The position numbers were made by a program, and so were the translations under genes. Of a DNA stretch of 64,000 nucleotides, positions 40,566-54,141 are shown piece by piece. Each line of letters opens with the position of its first letter. Positions within the stretch are counted from its first letter, which is position 1. The notes beneath the pieces were generated by a model that was not told the origin of the DNA, searched no databases, and saw nothing but the letters and a program-made list of their open reading frames with translations. This DNA comes from Eledone cirrhosa. Taxonomy: Eukaryota. Location of the stretch: assembly GCA_964016885.1 (NCBI GenBank), contig OZ024743.1, forward strand, positions 329,902,001 through 329,966,000. The letters run 5' to 3'.

Positions 40566-42486
40566 GTCTATATATATATATAGTGTTGGCTAAACTCTAT
40601 AGATATATTTCATAGTACAGTATAGTATCGAAGCAAAATACAAATACAGTGAATATAAAGGCATGATTAGATTTGGCTTTATACAGGGTGTTCACTGAAA
40701 TCTCTCGAATCTATCAGAATATAACTATGTTAACGCTCTAGTAATCAATCGACTGTGATGTCAATGTTTACGAATGACATTGTGAACGACTGGACATACT
40801 GTATCGAATAAGGTGGAATTACTGTATCGAATAAGGTTTCCTCCAGTCTTAATGACCAGATATAATATAATAAACTAAGAAATAATTAGAAGTTTCACAT
40901 TACTAACTCATAATTGCTTGAATAATTACGTGTTATTATCATATTGAATTCATAATTAAGTAGTTACCAAGAAATATGGGCATAAAATCTCGGTGAGTTA
41001 TTTCAGTAATTAGTTATAATGTCTAAGTGGGCGTCACTGTATGATGAAGCCGTCTGAACTTTGAAGAGAGATGGATGAGTGGATTTCTTTGTTTACCACT
41101 TAGTCAGGAGGAAGCGTAGCGATGGCCATGACTCTTTCCTTAAGCCTTCTCGACTTGTTGGATGTCAAGAGAAAGGTCATCTCAAACCGTAGGTCTGGTC
41201 CAAATGCTTGTAATAGTGTAAAATTTACTAAAAGCACACCATAGGCGCTGAGCTGGCCAGACGCAGGTGTGAGCCCCGCGAGTTGGAGTGGCTTTTCCAG
41301 CGCGTCTCCCTTGCCGTCCTCCGGGGAAACGCCTTCTCCATTCTGTCCGCCGGGGCTGTGGGGAGAGAAGAATATGTTAGTTGAATTCAGTTACTTGTCA
41401 TATTTCAATAGACAGATAACCGGGTTGCACCGCTTCCATAGAAAGTTTCCCTCCGAAGCACGAGCCCGGGCACACACATATATCTCTATTACTTAATTAC
41501 ATATATACATATATGCATACATATATACTACATGGGCGGTTAAGTCTACCACGTAAGACATCCATGACAGGATTTGAACTCAGTATTTAAACTTTAAATT
41601 GCTAAGTTATTATTTGAATATGTTGTTATATTCATAATTAATTGTTATATTCATAATTAATTACCAAGAAATATGAAACAAATACCGCAAGATGTCCTAT
41701 CGAATGCTCTAACGACGTCACCAATCAGCTGCCCCTGTACACTTACTTTATTTATCGGCCTAAGAAGGTTCAAAGACCACGGACAGATTTGAACTCAGAA
41801 TACCAGAAGCCGAAATAAACACCACATTGAACTTTTTTCATCGACATAATCCTTGTACTAGTTGTCCACTTGTGAGAAAACAAGGTTCAATTCACCCTAG
41901 AAATTCCTTATATATATACAGTTCAAACAAGCAAGATTTCACCGGTTAATAATGATCATTTTGAGCTAATGTCATTCTTCAACGAATACATTTGTATTAA
42001 ATGAATCAAAGTTGTTAGTTTGCTGTATTCGTGGTGAGGTAAGATGTAGAGAAAGTTGTTATCGATCGTTAGTTAAAGTTGTAGTAATTGATTAACGTAA
42101 CTGTCGGACATATTGAATAGAAGGAATTATCTGTGGGCCCAAGTCCATTGATAATTCGATAATGTGATGTTATAAGTCTTCGATTGCTTTCAGCTATATG
42201 ACAACAACAGCAACATCGTTCTATTACGTCCGTTCTCAGTGAATTTACATGTGTTCTGTTCGCTTCAATTGGCGTGAAATGTTTTTATAGCTGCCGTACG
42301 TTGAGAAAGAAGTCAGATGTGATTGTAGTTAACAAATAATATTGTATTAGCTGCAGAAGAAGCTTCGTGACACTAGCCAGAATTTTATAGAATAGAAAAT
42401 TAATAGTCTTCACAGTATTACTATAGTCTAACTGCAGTCGTCAGGTTATTTTAGGTCTTGAGTTCGATCCCATAGCCTGAAAATTC

Positions 42487-43527
42487 CGATAAACGGAAAA
42501 AATGAAACGAAATTTCATTTCCCACTCTTAGTACGGCTGTTACTTAAATATAAGTATGTATACGTACATACATATATGTATACAGACGTACAGTAGTATG
42601 TATATATATATACATACATGCACACATATATATATGTACGTATGGATTCACCGAACATTTATTATAATGATCGGTGTGTTTGTAAACAAACATCCCGTAT
42701 TAAGCCGTAGTGTCTAGCAACCATCGTTGTTCGTTTGTTCAACACTGACAAAGGTATGCTGTACTAGTTTCAAGCTTATTAGCTATCGTCAGCAACGTAT
42801 ACCTTCCTGCCAGATGATTGAATGTCTGAAAGTATATACTTTCCTTATGCATATTAACGGCTGAGTAGCCCAATTTGCATATCGAGTGGGTTAATCGGCC
42901 GGGTGCACCGAAAACGATAAACGGAAAAAATGAAACGAAATTTCTTTTCCCATTCTTAGTACGGCTATTACTTAAATATAAGTATGTATACGTACATACA
43001 TATATGTATACAGACGTACAGTAGTATGTATATATATATATATACATACATGCCGTACTAAGAGTGGGAAATGAAATTTCGTTTCATTTTTTCCGTTTAT
43101 CGTTTTCGGTGCACCCGGCCGATTAACCCACTCGATATGCAAATTTGGCTACTCAGCCGTTAATATGCATAAGGTAAGTATATACTTTCAGACATTCAAT
43201 CATCTGGCAGGAAGGTATACGTTGTTGACGATAGCTAACAAGCTAGAAACTAGTACAGCGTTCCTTTGTCAGTGTTGAACAAACGAACAACGATGGTTGC
43301 TAGACACTGTACGGCTTAATTCGGGATGTTTGTTTACCAACACACCGAGCATTATAATAAATGTTCGGTGAATCCATACGTACATATATATATGTATGCA
43401 TGTATGTATATATATATATACATATAACTGTACGTCTGTATACATATATGTATGTACGTATACATACTTATATTTAAGTAACAGCCGTACTAAGAGTGAG
43501 AAATGAAATTTCGTTTCATTTTTTCCG

Positions 43528-43532
<5 letters not shown>
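42487..43532. mobile_element. About 430-bp non-coding HHR unit, present as two head-to-head partial tandems
   Basis: direct repeats at 42487/42915 and 43052/43484; HHRs at 42758-42796 (-) and 43221-43259 (+). Confidence 0.8.
42758..42796 (-). ncRNA. Minimal hammerhead ribozyme
   Basis: minus: GTTG-CTGACGA-TAGCT-AATA-AGCTT-GAAA-CTAG-TA^-CAGC. Confidence 0.85.
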
Positions 43533-43559
<27 letters not shown>

Positions 43560-43684
43560 CATTTTTATATATATATGTATATATATATATATGACGAAGG
43601 AAGAGTGGTAAGGAACCAGATGGACCATGAGTCCAGAAATAGCTGTCGAAACGGCTTGAGCTCTGCCGTCGGGGTCAAACATTT

Positions 43685-43744
<60 letters not shown>

Positions 43745-44121
43745 TTGGACGTGCGTCTACATGTGAAAATACATATCTCAGGAGCTTCCGATTCCAGAGT
43801 CAAGAACGAACATGAAACTACCAAGACTGGAGGTGAAGTGTATTTCCTAGGATCTATCAACCATAAACAAGATCTTCCAAGTCATGGACTTTACGGAAAG
43901 GTTCAACTGCTAAAACATTGAACTGCTTTATAGCTATGCTTAATTTCATCATGTTCTTATTTTTGCTTGTTCCCCCTCCCCTCTCTCTCTCTTGTTTCTT
44001 AGTTATAATGGCTATTAGATACATTTTCCGGTCTGTCATGACATATCTGGGCATTTAAATTGATCATATATATATATATACATTTTCCGGTCTGTCATGA
44101 CATATCTGGGCATTTAAATTG

Positions 44122-44165
<44 letters not shown>

Positions 44166-44792
44166 CAAGGTTTAGGAAATAAGAAAAAAATTTTAAAATA
44201 AATTTTAAAAAATTCACTGTAACTGCTGTTGAAAAGAAAGACTCTCGTCAGAAGGTTCTTTTCACTCGGAGAATATAAAATTCCCGAGTTCAAATTACGA
44301 ACTGGCGCTATTCAAAATTGTTCCCGAGATGAGAGTGAATGATATACAAGCAATTCTGTCCAGTGCCGTGTGTAAAGATAGAAGGTAGAGGCGGGAAGGT
44401 CAATCCACTGCCACTAGAAATAGCAGCAGTCAAAACGACCAAAATGTTATCTCGACCAGGGGAGATTAATAATAATAAAGTATATATCCCTACATGCAAA
44501 ATACATATAGGGACACATGTATTATCCAACCATATGCCAATGTGGTTCTATGGCAGGTTAATAAATTAACGAGCCAGAACATATATAATCAAGGTTTAGC
44601 AAATAAAAAAAGTTTTAAAATAAATTTTTAAAAAGTCACTGTACCTGCTGTAGTTACCCTTACCGTACGGTTTCAAGTCTCAAAAATAAATTGTTAGTCC
44701 TTAGGAACATCCATTGAAAAGAAAGACTCTCGTCAGAAGGTTCTTTTCACTCGGAGAATATTAAATTCCCGAGTTCAAATTACGAACTGGCG

Positions 44793-44829
<37 letters not shown>

Positions 44830-44846
44830 CAATTTAAATGCCCACG

Positions 44847-44924
<78 letters not shown>

Positions 44925-44965
44925 CAATCTAAAAGCCCAGATATGTCATGACAGACCGGAAAATG

Positions 44966-45021
<56 letters not shown>

Positions 45022-45128
45022 TGTGTGTGTGTATGTGTGTGTTAATTTCTCTAGTAACTCTATACCGAGCTTGTCGTTTGGACTAAGTGCTCTACTAACA
45101 ACAGATATAACCTCCCGGTTTTTTGCCA

Positions 45129-45212
<84 letters not shown>

Positions 45213-45521
45213 CATACATATATATACTTATAATTTATGTTTATACACGGAATAAAAGCGCTACCCATAATATATTATATATATATAGATTCGTGAGTTT
45301 ACCTTAAAGTACATTAAACTGGTGAACCGCCAAGGTTGGCTGCTTTCATATCTGAATAGGAAGTATAGGTTAAACTTCACACACCATTAAATAAGTGGCT
45401 TAATTGTCTTCAATACAAAGAAATGTATACTTGCCTAATAAACTGCAGCATTTTGTTAGGATGTATTGTAATCTTTGAAATATTCGTCTTCATCTCTTTT
45501 TCTTTTAGAAAATAGACGAAT

Positions 45522-47135
45522 GTGTCTATCTCATCTGGCAGTCTGTCTGTCTATCTCATCTGGCAGTCTGTCTGTCTGTCCCATCTGGTAGTCTGTCTGT
45601 CTATCTCATCTGGCAGTCTGTCTGTCTATCTCATCTGGCAGTCTGTCTGTCTATCTCATCTGGTAGTCTGTCTGTCTGTCCCATCTGGTAGTCTGTCTGT
45701 CTGTCTCATCTGGCAGTCTGTCTGTCTATCTCATCTGGCAGTCTGTCTGTCTATCTCATCTGGTAGTCTGTCTGTCTGTCCCATCTGGTAGTCTGTCTGT
45801 CTGTCTCATCTGGCAGTCTGTCTGTCTATCTCATCTGGCAGTCTGTCTGTCTATCTCATCTGGTAGTCTGTCTGTCTATCTCATCTGGTAGTCTGTCTGT
45901 CTGTCTGTCTATCTCATCTGGTAGTCTGTCTGTCTCATCCAGCAGTCTGTCTGTCTATCTCATCTGGTAGTCTGTCTGTCTATCTCATCTGGTAGTCTGT
46001 CTGTCTATCTCATCTGGCAGTCTGTCTGACTATCTCATCTGGTAGTCTGTCTGTCTATCTCATCTGGTAGTCTGTCTGTCTATCTCATCTGGTAGTCTGT
46101 CTGTCTATCTCATCTGGCAGTCTGTCTGACTATCACATCTGGTAGTCTGTCTGTCTATCTCATCTGGCAGTCTGTCTGTCTATCTCATCTGGTAGTCTGT
46201 CTGTCTATCTCATCTGGTAGTCTGTCTGTCTGTCTGTCTATCTCATCTGGTAGTCTGTCTGTCTCATCCAGCAGTCTGTCTGTCTATCTCATCTGGTAGT
46301 CTGTCTGTCTATCTCATCTGGTAGTCTGTCTGTCTATCTCATCTGGCAGTCTGTCTGACTATCTCATCTGGTAGTCTGTCTGTCTATCTCATCTGGCAGT
46401 CTGTCTGTCTATCTCATCTGGTAGTCTGTCTGTCTGTCCCATCTGGTAGTCTGTCTGTCTGTCTCATCTGGCAGTCTGTCTGTCTATCTCATCTGGCAGT
46501 CTGTCTGTCTATCTCATCTGGTAGTCTGTCTGTCTATCTCATCTGGTAGTCTGTCTGTCTGTCTGTCTATCTCATCTGGTAGTCTGTCTGTCTCATCCAG
46601 CAGTCTGTCTGTCTATCTCATCTGGTAGTCTGTCTGTCTATCTCATCTGGTAGTCTGTCTGTCTATCTCATCTGGCAGTCTGTCTGACTATCTCATCTGG
46701 TAGTCTGTCTGTCTATCTCATCTGGCAGTCTGTCTGTCTATCTCATCTGGTAGTCTGTCTGTCTGTCCCATCTGGTAGTCTGTCTGTCTGTCTGTCTGTC
46801 TCATCTGGCAGTCTGTCTGTCTATCTCATCTGGCAGTCTGTCTGTCTATCTCATCTGGTAGTCTGTCTGTCTATCTCATCTGGTAGTCTGTCTGTCTATC
46901 TCATCTGGTAGTCTGTCTGTCTATCTCATCTGGTAGTCTGTCTGTCTATCTCATCTGGTAGTCTGTCTGTCTATCTCATCTGGCAGTCTGTCTGTCTATC
47001 TCATCTGGTAGCCTGTCTGTCTATCTCATCTGGTACTCTGCCTCTCTGTCTGTCTAGCTCATCTGGTAGTCTTCCTGTCTGTCTGTTTCGCTCATCTGGT
47101 AGTCTGCCTGTCTCTATCTCATCCAGCAGTGTGTC
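45522..47135. repeat. 25-bp minisatellite GTCTGTCTGTCTATCTCATCTGG(T/C)A
   Basis: direct reading. Confidence 0.95.
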
Positions 47136-47822
47136 TATCTTGTATGTCTGTCTGTCTTTTACCACGTTTCCTAATTATAATAAGAAACCTCAAAATAAAA
47201 AGTGTAAAAATAGTATCTAGAATTTTCTTTGGCAATAATACTTTATTTTCCTTGCAATATAGGACCCACCATTTGGTGTAGCAATGGACGAGGGTTCCCT
47301 TCCAATTTGACATTTCAGCTTCAGCACGATAGTCTATTTATCTTCCATACTTTGTGAAATTGACCACCGTCGGTTTTGTCGATGAATGTTCCAGTTGTTT
47401 GATTAAATGAAAAAGCTGCCCTTGAGCCCTTGAAATAATATGTACCCTTGAAATAATATGTACCCTTAACAAAATTCTCAGGGAGATTCAGTGTGACGCA
47501 ATATGTGACAAGTTTGCTGGTTTGAATTACAGGCACAGTCCATCTGCCGGGCTTAGAAAAGTTTTCCTGTACCCAGTTTCACTCACAAGGTATAGGTTGA
47601 CACGAGGCTATGTAAATGTCACATGACCAAGCTGGCAAGCTGCCACACAATAGGAGCGAAACCGGGACTTAATGATTGTTGTTTTGACTTCCGTAATCTG
47701 CAACCGGAAACAACGTGTATGTAAACATTATAACAGGTTAACCAGCAATTTCTCTATATGAAATATATACTATACAGCAGAGTATATTATTTTGCTAAAT
47801 AATATACTCTGCTGTATAGTAT

Positions 47823-47986
47823 TGGTAGAGGGTCAGACATGCTTTCCAGCGTAGTTACGTCCCTTTACGATCTGAGTTCAAATCCCGCCGAGGTTAACTT
47901 TGCCTTTCATCCTTACGGGGTCGATAAAATAAAGTACCAGTAATACACTGTAATTGTTGGCCTTGTGCCAAAAGTAGAAACAATTA
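47823..47986 (+). mobile_element. SINE with TSD and inverted flank capture at the 5' junction
   Basis: TTATTTTGCTAAATAAT duplicated. Confidence 0.85.
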
Positions 47987-48184
47987 TTTTGCTAAATAAT
48001 GCTGAATATGTGGAAGATGTATAGAAATAGCGTAGGCATGTGGAATAGCAGTATACTTTAAATGTATATTTTAGTTATTAGAATATTGTGTAGGCATTAA
48101 GGATATATCGTAATATCATATTACAGAATTGTTGACATGGAGACAGGAAAATAGAAATGTTTCGACCGATAAAGATCATATTAG

Positions 48185-48640
48185 TCATTGAACTTCTGTA
48201 TTTGATACTCCATTGACTTTTACAATACCTATAATCTGCAATATTGTGTAACTTTCGGAGATGTCAGAGGAATGATCTCTGATATTTAATCTAATCACTT
48301 TAACCACCATTTTGTTGGTGACTTTCGTGTCTTGGAGCGACAAAATCTGCTTTACAAAAGAGCTCATCCAATTCAAAAGAAAATGCTGATTTGCCATTTG
48401 TGCTCATTGATATAGGAACGGTATTTAAATTTGGAAATCTAGCCATTTGTCATCTTAATCTCAAATATGGAAGATTTCTTGACCAGTTCAGACATAACTA
48501 GCAGTTTGATTTTACTAAAAGCTTTCGCAAATACGAAATTTCCATAGAAGCTGATTCCATACAAATGTTTTATTAAATCATCGTTTGCAATCTTAGATTT
48601 TTCCAGTTTTGTATCTCACAAGCAGTTAATATGGTTTCCA
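48185..48640 (-). pseudogene. Highly degraded CR1/L2-like RT fragment
   Basis: FAKAFSKI resembles DFxKAFDKV; many stops. Confidence 0.35.
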
Positions 48641-48664
48641 TGAACATTTTACTTGTATTATTAT

Positions 48665-49033
48665 GTGGATTGGCAGTATCGGTAGAGGGTCGGACGCCAT
48701 GCTTTCCAGCATAGTTACGTCCCTTTACGATCTGGGTTCAAGTCCCGCCGAGGTTTACTTTGCCTTTCATCCTTACGGGGTCGATAAAATAAAGTACCAG
48801 TAATGCACTGGGTAATTGCTGGCCTTGTGCCTAAAGTAGAAACAATTATTATATCAGTAATGTACTGAGATAATTGCTGGCCTTGTGCCCAAAGTAGAAA
48901 CAATTATTATATCAATATGAATGACATTATACTGATCCAAATGTGTTAGTGATATTGCTAATTAATTGTTTCTACTTTTGGCACAAGGCCAGCAATAAAC
49001 CAGTACATTACTGGTACTTTATTTTATCGATCC
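48665..49033. mobile_element. SINE cluster: full + copy, duplicated tail, inverted partial copy
   Basis: consensus match. Confidence 0.85.
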
Positions 49034-49299
49034 TGTTTTGTTTTTACATTCGGACACTAGTATTATGTTAAACGATCTACTTGAATTATTTCACTTCAGC
49101 TTTATTAGTAATAGTTATTGGTTATTTTGTGAAATATCTTTCGTCACACATTAGTTGACCTTCTCAAAGACTATTTGTTGTTCTCTGTAAGAATAAGATT
49201 ACGACTACCACTGTGGCTACTTACTATCACTAATACTACTATCACCACCTCTATCACTACTAGAATTAATACCATTACCGTTACTACTATCACCACCAG

Positions 49300-49345
<46 letters not shown>

Positions 49346-49407
49346 GCTACTACTACGACGACGACAACGACGATACTACCACCACCACTCTTATACGACC
49401 ACAAATT

Positions 49408-49466
<59 letters not shown>

Positions 49467-49487
49467 ACTACTACTATACTACTGCTG

Positions 49488-49520
<33 letters not shown>

Positions 49521-49521
49521 T

Positions 49522-49573
<52 letters not shown>
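49300..49573. repeat. (TAC)n tract
   Basis: direct reading. Confidence 0.95.
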
Positions 49574-49574
<1 letters not shown>

Positions 49575-49659
49575 GAGATACTGTGAACGTGTTTATATCT
49601 TTGTCTTTCTGTATTTACTGTTCGATATTTCGTCAAACAATCACCACCACGCCCACCCC

Positions 49660-50320
49660 ACTCTCTCACTCACACTCTCGCACTTTCGCACTCTCTCACT
49701 CACACTATCACACTCTCTCACTCACACTATCGCACTCTCTCACTCACACTATCGAACTCTCTCACTCACACTCTCGCACTTTCGCACTCTCTCACTCACA
49801 CTATCGCACTCTCTCACTCACACTATCGAACTCTCTCACTCACACTATCGAACTCTCTCACTCACACTGTCGCACTTTCGCACTCTCTCACTCACACTAT
49901 CGCACTCTCTCACTCACACTATCGAACTCTCTCACTCACACTGTCGCACTTTCGCACTCTCTCACTCACACTATCGCACTCTCTCACTCACACTATAGAA
50001 CTCTCTCACTCACACTCTCGCACTTTCGCACTCTCTCACTCACACTATCGCACTCTCTGACTCACACTATCGAACTCTCTCACTCACACTCTCGCACTTT
50101 CGCACTCTCTCACTCACACTATCGCACTCTCTCACTCACACTATCGAACTCTCTCACTCACACTCTCGCACTTTCGCACTCTCTCACTCACACTTTCGCA
50201 CTCTCTCACTCACACTATCGCACTCTCTCACTCACACTTTCGCACTCTCTCACTCACACTTTCGCACTCTCTCACTCACACTTTCGCACTCTCTCACTCA
50301 CACTATCGCACTCTCGCACT
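49660..50320. repeat. 22-bp minisatellite CTCTCTCACTCACACTATCGCA with CTTTCGCA inserts
   Basis: direct reading. Confidence 0.9.
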
Positions 50321-50404
50321 GTCTCTCTGTATCTCTCTCTCATTATCTCTCACTCTCTCTCTCTTTCCTTCTTCCTTATCTCTCTCTCTCTCTTTCCTTC
50401 TTCC

Positions 50405-50450
<46 letters not shown>

Positions 50451-50541
50451 ACAACTGGCAACGAACTGTTCTAGAAGCAGATTGGGACATAGTGTGTATG
50501 TATCTACACACACACATACACACACATGTATATAGTGTGTG

Positions 50542-50628
<87 letters not shown>

Positions 50629-50684
50629 AGAAAGGGAGAGAAAGATGAAAGATGGATATAGATATGTAAATATATCTATATATT

Positions 50685-50715
<31 letters not shown>

Positions 50716-50787
50716 GGGGAGAGAGAGGGAGAGAAAGGGAGAGAAAGATGAAAGATGGATATAGATATAGATATGTTAATATATCTA

Positions 50788-50818
<31 letters not shown>

Positions 50819-50880
50819 GCATATACAGATTCACATATTTGTATGAATATATAAGAGTATAAAAGGATATGAATTTAACA

Positions 50881-50914
<34 letters not shown>

Positions 50915-51309
50915 GAGGTCACACAACGCTAAGTTACGTACACATGTGTATTAGATTGAGTCATAAAGGGGAAGCCCAGGTTAAATCATTTTTCCATCTA
51001 TGTTTACATTTTTAGTCGATATACATCAGCGAAAGCTATAGCCACCAATCTGATCTATAGGTTTGATGGATTGTAGGGTTTAAGCTGATCTATCAGATTT
51101 ACTACCTATTCCCGTCTGCTATTTATATTATCGATCTCTATTTGTCTAACAGCTATGTGATCGGACGTAAACAACACTGTAAACGTAAACAATAACACAA
51201 TATCGACAAACACACACACACACACTCATATATACACGCACATACACACACACACTCATACACACACACACACTCATACACACACACTCATACACATTCA
51301 TACACACAC

Positions 51310-51343
<34 letters not shown>

Positions 51344-51564
51344 TCATACACACACAAGCGCACTCATACACACATACACACATACACACATACACACATA
51401 CACACACTCATACACACACACACTCATACACACACGCACACACTCATACACACACACAGATACACATACTTACTTACGCGCTCACATACACCAACTTACA
51501 CAGTTACATATACATACACCTACTTACCCACAAACACATACATACGCAATCATACTCACACACA

Positions 51565-51988
51565 CACATGTATACGAACATATGTATACACCCAAACACA
51601 CACACATATACGAACGTACATATACACGCCCACAACACACACATACGAACGTACATATAGACCCAAACACACACACATATACAAACGTACATATAGGCCC
51701 CCCCCCCCACACACACACACATACGAACGTACGTATAGACCCACCTACACACACACACATACGCATACGAACGTACGTATAGACCCACACACACATATAT
51801 ACGAACGTACATATACGGCCAAACACACACACATATATACGAACGTACGTATAGACACACACACACACATATATACGAACGTACGTATACGGCCAAACAC
51901 ACACACATATATACGAACGTACGTATAGACCCACACACACACATATATACGAACGTACGTATACACCAAAAACAAACACACACACATA
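51565..51988. repeat. CA-derived minisatellite with TACGAACGTACGTATA core
   Basis: direct reading. Confidence 0.85.
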
Positions 51989-52053
51989 TTTTGCATTCTG
52001 ATCTTGTGATCTCAGTAGAAAAGAGATCAGGAAATATTCAGGTGTGATAATAT

Positions 52054-52165
52054 AATTGTTTCTACTTTAGGCACAAGGCCAGCAATTATGCCAGTGCATT
52101 ACTGGTACTTTATTTTATCGACCCCGTAAGGATGAAAGGCAAAGTTAATCTCGTCGGGATTTGAT
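52054..52165 (-). mobile_element. 5'-truncated SINE
   Basis: consensus match. Confidence 0.85.
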
Positions 52166-52631
52166 CTAAAAATGGAAAGTACCGTTTAATGGTGCTCGCT
52201 GTAATCAATACTGTAATCAATACTGCTTTGTGACAGCTTGGACAAGTGGTTTCTAATATAACGGCCCATTGACCATTGACTTGTGAGTGAAATTTGATAG
52301 ACAGAAACTGCAGAAACCCTGCCTTAATTACTCCTTCTCAATTAAATCCTCCTTTTCCATCTAGAGTCTTACTTTATTTATACTGTATCTGCTATTGAAA
52401 CATTAGTTCTTTGATTACCCTGTGATAAACAGGCGAAATTCCAGAGTAACAAGACTCTCTATTTAGTCTTAATAAAATATTAAAAATCTACTTCGCTCAG
52501 CCGTCAAACACATACGGATATATATATATATACGTGTGTATATATATATATACGTGTGTATATATATATATAAATATATATATATATATTTCGTTTCTGA
52601 ATTTATTGGCAACATGACCCTCCCAAAGTAT

Positions 52632-52680
<49 letters not shown>

Positions 52681-52769
52681 GGAGGTGAGTTTTATTGTAG
52701 TACAATAAAGCAATGCAGATATCGGATAAGAAGCACTCTACAGTTTGTAGGACTGGAGTATACATAATA

Positions 52770-52998
52770 TATAAGAACAAACGATGGTTAAAAGAGTTCC
52801 ATGTATTTTATTATGCGCATTTCAAAAACAAATATCATCATGCAATAATATTTGTGTTTTCATCAGATAAAACAGGAAGACATTCATATCATGTCTTCCT
52901 GTTTTATCTGATGAAAACACAAATATTATTGCATGATGATATTTGTTTTTGAAATGTGCATAATAAAATACATGGAATTCTTTTAACCATCTTTTGTT

Positions 52999-53004
<6 letters not shown>
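52770..53004. repeat. Palindrome of two head-to-head hammerheads (52805-52873 -, 52901-52969 +)
   Basis: GTTTTAT-CTGATGA-AAACACAAATAT..ATATTTGTTTTT-GAAA-TG(C/T)GCA-TA^-ATAAAAT. Confidence 0.9.
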
Positions 53005-53044
<40 letters not shown>

Positions 53045-53211
53045 ATCGGAGAAAGCTAAAAGCGATACTCCGGCCAAATTCCAACTCACTCAACAAACAT
53101 TAGGAAATACCTGAGTATATTTCCAATTAAACGTTTGGGGTGCTAACTATATTGTATTGTGTGGATAATTGGCTGTATTATTTTATATGAGATATATCAA
53201 ATATATCATTT

Positions 53212-53334
53212 CCCAAACGACTCTTTTCATTATAAGATTTCTACAAGTTGGGTGAAATTATATCAAGTTATGTAGAAGCTTGTATAAGATCAACAGATAC
53301 TTATTCAAGTGGTCCCTTATAAATCTTCAGTGGG
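53212..53334 (-). ncRNA. Hammerhead with long stem II insert
   Basis: minus: CCCA-CTGAAGA-TTTATAAG..CTTATAAT-GAAA-AGAGTCG-TT^-TGGG; LLPRGLN-like remnant upstream. Confidence 0.6.
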
Positions 53335-53624
53335 TGCCCAATAACATTAATATTGATAACCAAATCAACATCAATATTTAGCGATAACCACCATCAGTGC
53401 TTGAGGGGAATGCTAGGTTGTTCGTCCAGCAGTTCTAAAGAAAATCTCACACTGTCCCGAAATTGGGAGGAAGGAGGTTACCGCCAAAAACAATTCATGC
53501 GCAGGTCGTTGAACTCTGACAAGAATTCAAACCACGTGGTAATAACTCAATTGGATGTGAAAAAATAAACATATGTGCGCATCGATTTATGACAATATAT
53601 ATAGATACACACACACACACAGAT

Positions 53625-53657
<33 letters not shown>

Positions 53658-53658
<1 letters not shown>

Positions 53659-53851
53659 CAAAGGAATTGTGGTAAGGAACCAGATGGACCATAACGCACC
53701 AGAGTACTCAAAACTTAGGGGAGTAGAGTGGGAAATAGGAAAAAGTATGACCCCGACGGCAGAGCTCAAGCCGTTTCCACGGCTATTTCTGAACTCCAGA
53801 AATAGCCGTCGAAACGGCTTGAGCTCTAACGTTGGGGTCATACTTTTTCCT
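53658..53851. mobile_element. Family B module with foldback, within (TA)n
   Basis: homologous to 13761-13954. Confidence 0.8.
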
Positions 53852-54141
53852 ATATATATATATATATTATATATATATTATATATATATATAATAATAAT
53901 AATAATAGTAATAATAATAATAATTTAAAAAAATAAATAAATAAATAAGTCAGACATTCAAACATTACATTACAAAGAAACTTATGCTTATTCTTTTGGT
54001 TTTTTTTTTTTACCTATTTGTTTGTTTGTTTATTTATGTTCGTCTACAGCGTGATAGTGCCACACTAAAATCACCGGAGGTGATGAAATCACTGGTGGTT
54101 ATGTTACCATACATTCACCAATCCTCGATAAGAGTGTTTAA

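Noticed and set aside
49175-50596. 473-aa Ser/His/Thr ORF
   Set aside because: Minisatellite translation
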